A DNA stretch of 57,031 nucleotides, counting the filler, from Bipalium vagum (taxonomy: Eukaryota), in the NCBI GenBank assembly GCA_037834085.1. It is 3 parts of 3 records of this genome, joined end to end, with 100 filler letters (N's around TTAATTAATTAA, not from the genome) between each part and the next. Parts side by side here need not be neighbours in the genome. Positions count along the whole stretch, not along the records: positions 32,862 to 57,031 come from JBBMKC010202494.1; 2 more parts are not named here. The stretch is one strand, 5' to 3'. Made by a program: the position numbers and the translations under genes. Below the pieces are notes generated by a model. The model did not search any database, was not told the DNA's origin, and saw only the letters and a list, made by a program, of their open reading frames with translations. Positions 50,042 to 57,031 of this stretch are shown here, piece by piece (position 1 is the stretch's first letter; each line of letters opens with the position of its first letter).

Positions 50042-53000
50042 AAGACTATTCTTTTTATAAAATTAATAACTGTCTTCTCTCTCAGATTGTCAAACTCTAT
50101 TCGAGACAGTCTCCTTAATTTGATTAAAGCTATCAAAGGTCTCGTAGTTATGTCCGGAGAATTAGAATCCATGGCAGGCTCACTATTGGTTGGTAAAATA
50201 CCTGCAATGTGGGCTAAGCATTCTTATCCTAGTCTCAAACCTCTGGGCTCTTACGTAAATGATTTAATAGAACGATTGAAATTCTTGCAAGTATTGATGA
50301 TTTTATGTTTTTTACTGTCAAACAAAATTCCAATCAGAAATGGTTCGATGAAGGCAAGCCTCCGGTATTCTGGGTATCGGGTTTTTATTTCACCCAAGCT
50401 TTTCTAACTGGAGTTATGCAAAATTTTGCCAGAAAATATACCATTCCCATTGATTTACTGGCATTTGATTTTGAGGTCATTATTATTCTCTATATTTTGT
50501 TATTTTCTATAATTGATTGTTTTTTGTTATTATTATTAGTGTTTTATAATTTTGTTAATATTTAATGAATATTAATTCATTTCTCCCCAATGAATTATTC
50601 TTCTCGGTTTTGATTTTTAGATAGAAATTGATTTTACTTTCCAAATTGATAACTCCTTTTAAACATAATTTTGAATATTTATCATCCTTTTGTCCAAGAT
50701 TTTTGGCTCGCGGGCTACCAGTATAAATAAATATCATGCCGTTTATTTATAAATATCAAGTCCTCAAAAAAAATTGTTTGTAATAGTAATGAAATACATT
50801 TATCAAACTGAGCAACATCAGTGCTACATCGAAAAATCTAACCGAGATCATTGAACGGCAAGTAAATAGATGTCAATGTGAGATTGATTGTGAGAATTGA
50901 TATTCATTTATATTATATATCATGGCGTCATTTTTCATTGCTTATTTTTTTCTAAGTAGACATTCGGATTTTGAACTGCACTAATATTCATTCATCAGAT
51001 TTTCTCAGAGGTCGATCCTGTTACTAGCCATAATTGATATGTTTTGCTCTCATACGTGTGAAGAGCATTTTCGATAACCGCTGACCACTAATTGCTGACT
51101 CCGATAGTTCTTTAGATATAATTTGGCCAGGTTTAGTTAATATTTCTCACTTTTTTGAAAACAACGGGTCACGAAAAAATAGTTCCCTGTCCGTACTTTT
51201 GTTAAAACTAGTATCCATTAATTATGGTCTTTATGATTTGGTATGATCATATAACGATTTACAAAAATTCTTTCATGTTTCAAATCATGATTCGTTGGTC
51301 AGTAAAATAACTGAGAAAATGTCCGAGAGAGACTTTAATTTACACTGTAAAATTCTTTTGGTTCTCTAAAGATATCGATAATTTCAGGTCCTGAAATTGA
51401 GTACAATGAACAATCACCCGGCGGACGGTGCCTATATAATTGGATTATTTCTTGATGGAGCAAGATGGGATGCCGACAAGTATTTTCTCAATTTTATTAT
51501 TATGCTTATTTATTATTGCTTGCTTTATTAATAACATTAAGGATTATATTTATATTTATAAAATATTACGTTTTGCTAAATTCAAATTTTTATTTCCGCC
51601 ATAGAATTTCTAATTATTTGGTTTGCAAGGAAATAATTGCCGATACATAGACATTTAACTTCGATTTAATTATATTTTAAATAAAATAATCGTTGTTCAA
51701 ATAATATTAGATATTCGATGAATTTAAATTTTAATCAGTAAGTTAAAATCATAGATTATCTCGGTTTTTATTTGTCAGCTTTAGTATAGAAAATCGGAAC
51801 ACACATTTGAGACATTTTGACTTTCTAATATTGGAAGGGAAAACGCATTAAAAGTTTACAGAAGAATGTGAAGTGTAAGTGCAAAAAAAGAATGCTAAAG
51901 TCGGAATTAGTTTTAAAAATTCCAAATTTTTTCTCAAAAATAACCAACAATCTGGCCGTCCAATAGTTGTCAATAGGGACGATATCAAGAGGATCATCAC
52001 AAAATAACTCGTGAAATTTCAAGGAAGCTCAGTATATCACATATAGCCATCGATAGTTAAATCAAGCATATTGGCTAGGTGAAAAAACTTGATATGTGCG
52101 TTAAGTAAACTTAAAGTCATGTTAGACAATGATTTGAAAATTACTTTTTGATTATAAATCGAAACAAAATAGCCCATATTAGAAAAAATGGATAACGGGC
52201 GATGGAAAATTATTTTCAACCATAATATCACCGGAAAAGATCATGCTGACAGAGAAAGCAGAGCAGACGTTTGCCAGGACTGATAGTTACAAGCAGAAAG
52301 TTATGCTATTCATTTGGTTTGATTATCAAGGAAAGTTATACTTTTTCAAAAACACAATGAACTAATACTGATATTTATACCGGTTGATTCGAAGGGTTTT
52401 AAAAATGAAACATTTATTTATTATTTAAAAATCACATTATTTTTTTATAAAATTTCCTTTTAGCTCAACAAATGATTAAATAATTTTTTCCAAAAAATTC
52501 TTTTCTGAACAATTTTATCTATAAAGAAATTACAGTTCTACTTGTTTAAATAATTATTCTAAATAGCTAATTTTTAAAATATATTAATAAATGTCAAAAT
52601 ATAGTAGAACTGTAAGTTAATTTTAAAAGAAATATGTTGACTTTACATGTAGATATTTGAAATTAAGATACACCCTAACAAAAAGAAATGTGTCCCTAAT
52701 TAAAAAAAATTTAATTTTTACAATATTTTAACTACTTCTAATTGTAAGTAGTGTTTTAGTATTAATTAATATTTTTAAAAGTATTTTAGTATTATGTGCA
52801 TGATTCTGTATCAGTTAGTGTAAAATTTAATTTAAAATAAATCAAACGAAATTTGTAAACAACTTCAAACAAACTATTCTCTACTATATTTTAAAAATTA
52901 TTGTAAAACAATATTATACTGCTTACAATTAAAAAAAACTAAATTAAATTTTAAACTGTAACCGATACAGAAATACTAAAATACTTTTTAAAAATATTAA

Positions 53001-55241
53001 TTAATACTAAAACACTACTTACAATTAGAAGTAGTTAAAATATTTTAAAAATTATAATTTTTTTTAATTAGGGGCCTAAACTGCAGGATTACCTCCTTTT
53101 GTTATATATGTCGAATTTTTATGATTTCAAAGCAGAGAAAACATGTTACTTTTTCAGTCAATTTTCTTTATTTTGTATGTTCAAAGTGCATTTTTCAATG
53201 AAAAAAATTGAGAAAAGATTAAAATGACAAGATTACCATTGAGATTCCGATGATGAGAATTCAGAAAACTCTATCAGCGAGATTGCAGATGTTGGAGACA
53301 TCCTTGGTGAAGATGACCAGTTTATACGATAAGGAGAAAACCTGCCAAAATTATTTAACCAAATGACATAGAGATTTAAATTTATCCAAGGAAAGCGATC
53401 AGGTTTTGGTTTTACGACTAAAGCAAAAAAACTTGCTAGCAAATTTCAAAACCTTTTCATGGTATAAACATAAAGAAAATCAGTACCTGAAACATTTTTG
53501 CAAAATGGAAGTGGCTTCTGTTCTATAACTGTGGCTTACTTATATAGGCTGAAGGAAAATTGTGAAAACTTTAAATATATTTTGATAGTCCTAAAGTGCA
53601 ACATGTATAATTTTTTAATATGCAGAGATTTCAAGGTAAGATGGATTATGCTAGGATAACAAGGTGAAAACACAAAATATCCGTGGTTTCTGTGTGAATA
53701 GGACATTTCATTGGGAGAAAGCGAATGGACACCCAGAAATAATCATATGTCGAAAAATATTTTAAATGAAATTTTAGTAGCATCATCAAATGTATTATTG
53801 CTGTCTCTGCAATTTATAAAAGCTTTAGATAAAACCTACCCTTGCTTCGTATATATCTACGAAGTTTTTCAAAACCTTTCTAAAAAAAAAGAAGCTGGTA
53901 TTTTCACAAGAAGAGATATAAATGATTTCAATTTCATTAAAACGATGTCCACCTCTGAAAATAATGCTTGGATAACTTTCAAAAATATTTCCGAAAATTT
54001 TTACCAATTAAAAAGAATTGATGAGAATATTGTTGCGAAATATTTCCTGAACAATTTTGGTGACTATAGTGAAGAACAAGGCGAAAAGTTTCACCAAGAC
54101 ATTATGGATTTTGGGAAAAGATACCAAGGGAAGTGTGACATAACCATGCTATCCGATTATTTCTAGTGTTTAAAAAGAGATATGGGCACTGACAGGACAA
54201 ATAGTTTCATAATCCCTTGATATCCAAATTTTTCCTTTTTATATCAAAGACATCAAGTCAAATTAAAATATACGTAATTTAAACAAATGAATTCTTAATA
54301 TTTCATCCTTAATGTTTTTCATCGGGATACTTTTTTCATTGCCACACATTTCTTGAACCACTAGGCAAAAACTATTGAACCTTGGTTGAGACGTATTACC
54401 ACATTTACCATGTAAACCAGACCTCTCTCCTTCCGAATGCCATTTGCTTTACTCTGTGCAAAACTTCTTCAATGACAAACCTTTAATATGATGACGTTTA
54501 ACCAAATTTAAACCCAAAGGGGTTTTATAAACTATGAATTTTTTATTCTTCCTGGAAGATGAAAGCAGACCCTTGATAAACATAGGCAATTCATAATTTT
54601 ATAAAAATATATTCTTTCATATAGTTTCATATCTTTTGTTTCTTCAAAGAAATCGGTATTTACTTGCAAACTCAATATCAGTTTTCACAATAATTGATTT
54701 TCAAAGATGCTTGTAACGAAAAGATTGGATTTTCGAGATTCAGTACTATTTTATAAAACCTTTATTTTATTTTAAAAACATTAATTATAATTCACATTAG
54801 TTTGAATTCCATGAATTTTGGATCTATATTTATCGACTTATCACTGTAATTTTAAAAATGTTAAATAATTCAGTTAGTTAATTTTCTGATTTTAATCAAT
54901 TATCAACGTAACGGGAAAACATGATGTACCGATTTTAATTCTTTCTTCAACGTCATTGAGAATGATAAATAAATTTCAGAATGAAATTGGGTGAGCAAAA
55001 GCCAAAGGTATTGTATGAGGCTGTTCCTATAATCTGGTTAAAGCCTGCCAAAAGGGACGACATTGACATTTCGGATAACCGCTACAGATGTCCCGTATAT
55101 AAAACTAGCGAAAGAAAGGGAGTTTTATCCACTACGGGTCACTCAACAAACTTCGTTTTGCCAATCTATCTACCAACAAATGAACCAGTCAGCCATTGGG
55201 TCAAGCGTGGAACTGCACTCTTATGTCAATTAGATGATTAA
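33200..55241 (+). CDS. DNAH12: Axonemal inner-arm dynein heavy chain, DNAH12-like, 5'-partial (end of AAA2 to C-terminus)
   Basis: In-frame GT-AG exons: 33200-33703, 33748-34035, 34747-34913, 34968-35160, 35218-35498, 35555-35639, 36661-36839, 36963-37155, 38683-39039, 39753-40006, 40617-41816, 41880-42094, 42969-43161, 43224-43416, 43473-43645, [45731-45871 or 46097-46237], 47737-48040, 48085-48489, 48600-48740, 48800-49171, 49691-49980, 50086-50290, 50338-50475, 51388-51479, 54980-55241 (TAA). Motifs: [14 protein letters not shown]3 P-loop [11 protein letters not shown]4 GVGGSGRQS, stalk/MTBD, AAA5 RWPLMIDPQ, AAA6 [22 protein letters not shown], terminal [10 protein letters not shown]...[21 protein letters not shown] and the LCQLDD terminus recall DNAH12 rather than DNAH3/7; the paralog call is from memory. 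Confidence 0.93.
37560..37790 (+). mobile_element. DD41D (rosa-like) transposase fragment in a dynein intron
   Basis: [14 protein letters not shown]...[10 protein letters not shown]...LIGPYF matches the NKQNxRIW...LHPQKVTVWC...IIGPYFF signature. Confidence 0.65.
44440..45500 (+). mobile_element. Decayed mariner (Himar1/irritans-like) in the dynein intron just upstream of the duplicated exons
   Basis: [54 protein letters not shown] and EKHWTK...GNY remnants, with many stops and an inserted (ATA)n tract. Confidence 0.72.
45731..45871 (+). CDS. DNAH12: Dynein alternative exon A (141 nt, phase 2-2)
   Basis: Acceptor tcctatttag, donor GTGAGT; encodes (S)[46 protein letters not shown](M). Confidence 0.85.
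46097..46237 (+). CDS. DNAH12: Dynein alternative exon B (141 nt, phase 2-2)
   Basis: Acceptor ttcatttgcag, donor GTTAGT; encodes (S)[46 protein letters not shown](M). Confidence 0.9.
47264..47410 (+). ncRNA. Candidate intronic box H/ACA-like structured RNA
   Basis: Hairpin, then AGAATA (ANANNA, 47344-47349), then hairpin, then ACA (47405-47407), over about 147 nt on the sense strand of a dynein intron. Folded by eye only. Confidence 0.3.
52030..52400 (+). mobile_element. Mariner transposase fragment in the last dynein intron
   Basis: ITGDGK-like segment near 52190 followed by [13 protein letters not shown]. Confidence 0.55.
52660..54185 (+). mobile_element. Decayed Sola2-like DNA transposase, interrupted by the MITE
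   Basis: N-terminal KRNV/C...SFCYIC split by the MITE, then ICRDFKV...[28 protein letters not shown] and [17 protein letters not shown]...RYQGKCD..MLSDY. The family label is from remembered motifs. Confidence 0.65.
52694..53073. mobile_element. MITE/foldback element (380 bp) with long terminal inverted repeats
   Basis: CCCTAATTAAAAAAAA...AATATTTTAACTACTTCTAATTGTAAGTAGTGTTTTAGTATTAATTAATATTTTTAAAA at the left is mirrored by its reverse complement ending ...TTTTTTAATTAGGG. Arms are about 130-150 bp; no clear TSD. Confidence 0.85.
54320..54600 (+). mobile_element. Mariner transposase 3' fragment
   Basis: [31 protein letters not shown], a degenerate HPPYSPDLAPSDYHLF. Confidence 0.6.
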
Positions 55242-57031
55242 ATTATTTTTTTGATTTGTTATATAATACGGGAAAATATAAGGCTGATTTACTTTGGTTA
55301 TTATCTTTGATTATTTTATACACAAACTTCGGTTCCGGAAATATTTTGTTTATGCATAATGTGCGATTGATCCAAACTTTTTTTTAATTTTTGTGATATG
55401 GATGATTCTAACAAGTCTGATCATAATTATCTTCAAGATTTCAAGAATAATCTTAATTTGATATTACCAATCAAAAATACTTTACTTGAAATAATATTAA
55501 TTTTTCATAATATACTGCTTTATAATGAATTCAAAGAATATATTTAGATAGAAAAGACCCGTTTTAGGTTTGTTAAAATAAATAAAATTCAAAAAATTTT
55601 TTATTTATTACTTTATTACAAATTTTTTTATGTAAAAGTCATTTTCTAAATTATGAAGAATAAAATAATCGATCAAATTGACTAATAAACGATATTTTAT
55701 TTAATTAAAACACATGCATCGAATTTTTACTTAAGAAGAATATTCAGATTTTCAATACATGTTCATATTGATAAGAGAAAAACTTCATTCATTTCTTTTG
55801 CAAAATTGTTTATTTTTGGCTTTCAAACTTCTCAACCAATCGAAATAATTACCAAAGACAATTTACAGTTAAAGAAAAATATTATAATTACCAATTAATT
55901 TTTGTAAAAAAAAAACAAAAAAACAAAAGATGAATAGCTTCATACCGGGTCGTTCACTAAGTCATTTTCAGGTTACCTATGGATTCTGAAACTAGCTGTG
56001 TTCCCTTGATAAATCCTTTTCCTTATCTATCATAACCGGAAAAAATAATTTCTTGAATATTGTTGACTTTTTTAAACGAATAATTCTCTTGAATATCTCT
56101 GAGTTGTCCAATCGAATAATAATTATAAAACACTTCTTGTGTCGCTTTATTTTTTCTGGAAAATATCTGGGAATAGCCGTCTTTTTATATAATCGAGGGA
56201 TTTTATACGCTCGAGAAAAAGTTCATGGTGAAAAACATCTCTCGCTACTGTTTCTATGGTAGGAAAAAAAGCTCCCTCTTTTGATAAATGGAAAATGCAG
56301 AAATCCAAAATGCTTCAAAATATAACACATCTTCTAGATTACTATTCAAATAAAAGCTCTCGGATGACATCTTCAATTTTAACTAAATAATTGAATAATT
56401 TAGATTTATTATTTGGCCGGAAAAATAGAAAAATTGCTCTCATCTTCAAAATAATAAATTTTATTTTTGGTCTCCAAATACAGCATCTAGAATTCAGCCA
56501 TTAGATGCAGGAGTTATTCATTCTTTAAAATGCACATATAAGAAAAAGTTAATTCTGTGACTTTAAGCATGTTATGAAACTGAAATTGGTTTTAATTTTA
56601 ATTTACTTGATTCAATGAATTTTTTTAAATATTCATGGAATATTTTGTCGACAGGAATAATTATAAATTCCTTTTTCCCATGTTTGTTTTTACATAATGT
56701 AGAGGAAAGTGAAACATCTCAAACCAATAAATTCGAGGATCTTTTAATTAATTGAATGAGACCAAAAAATTATTTTAAAATTAAAGACTGTTGAAATTGA
56801 TGAGGATTTGCAAACTAGTGCTGAACAATAAATTTCGGATATTGTGGATTTATTTTTCAGTAATCCAAGTGAAGAAGTCAACAAATAAAGAGGGTTTAGT
56901 GACTTTAGGTATCATTCAAAAATATTTATAATTGTTTTTTATTGTTTTTTATTTACTCCAAAAATCTTAGGTGGTGCAAAATCAAAACAATCAGTAAAGC
57001 AACACTTGTATTTATACCACACCAAAATAAA

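Noticed and set aside
50760-51300. GC-richer intronic stretch with a small hairpin near 51045-51068
   Set aside because: No coherent ORF, recognisable motif or termini; most likely old repeat debris.

Overview
Very AT-rich animal (invertebrate-like) nuclear DNA, standard genetic code. The window is three assembly pieces (1-16630, 16731-32761, 32862-57031) joined by artificial 100-bp spacers (N44-TTAATTAATTAA-N44), so adjacency across the spacers means nothing. Piece 1 holds many decayed DNA transposons (mariner, DD41D, Merlin), a probable LTR, and one large exon of a rhodopsin-class neuropeptide GPCR (TM1-TM5). Piece 2 holds a minus-strand, multi-exon, divergent IP3-receptor-like gene fragment with several candidate frame-preserving microexons. 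Piece 3 holds the 3' part of an axonemal inner-arm dynein heavy chain (DNAH12-like), 25 exon positions ending at its stop codon. The strongest unusual signal is a pair of tandem, equal-length (141 nt), same-phase paralogous exons in the dynein gene (45731-45871 and 46097-46237). They are 70% identical in protein with near-saturated synonymous divergence, the signature of mutually exclusive splicing in the motor domain. Other signals are a host-type 47-nt intron in a Merlin transposase, an H/ACA-like two-hairpin element in a dynein intron, degenerate splice signals, and a possibly channel-less IP3R-like C-terminus. All exon structures were derived by hand from GT-AG boundaries, frame continuity and remembered family motifs; no database search was run.
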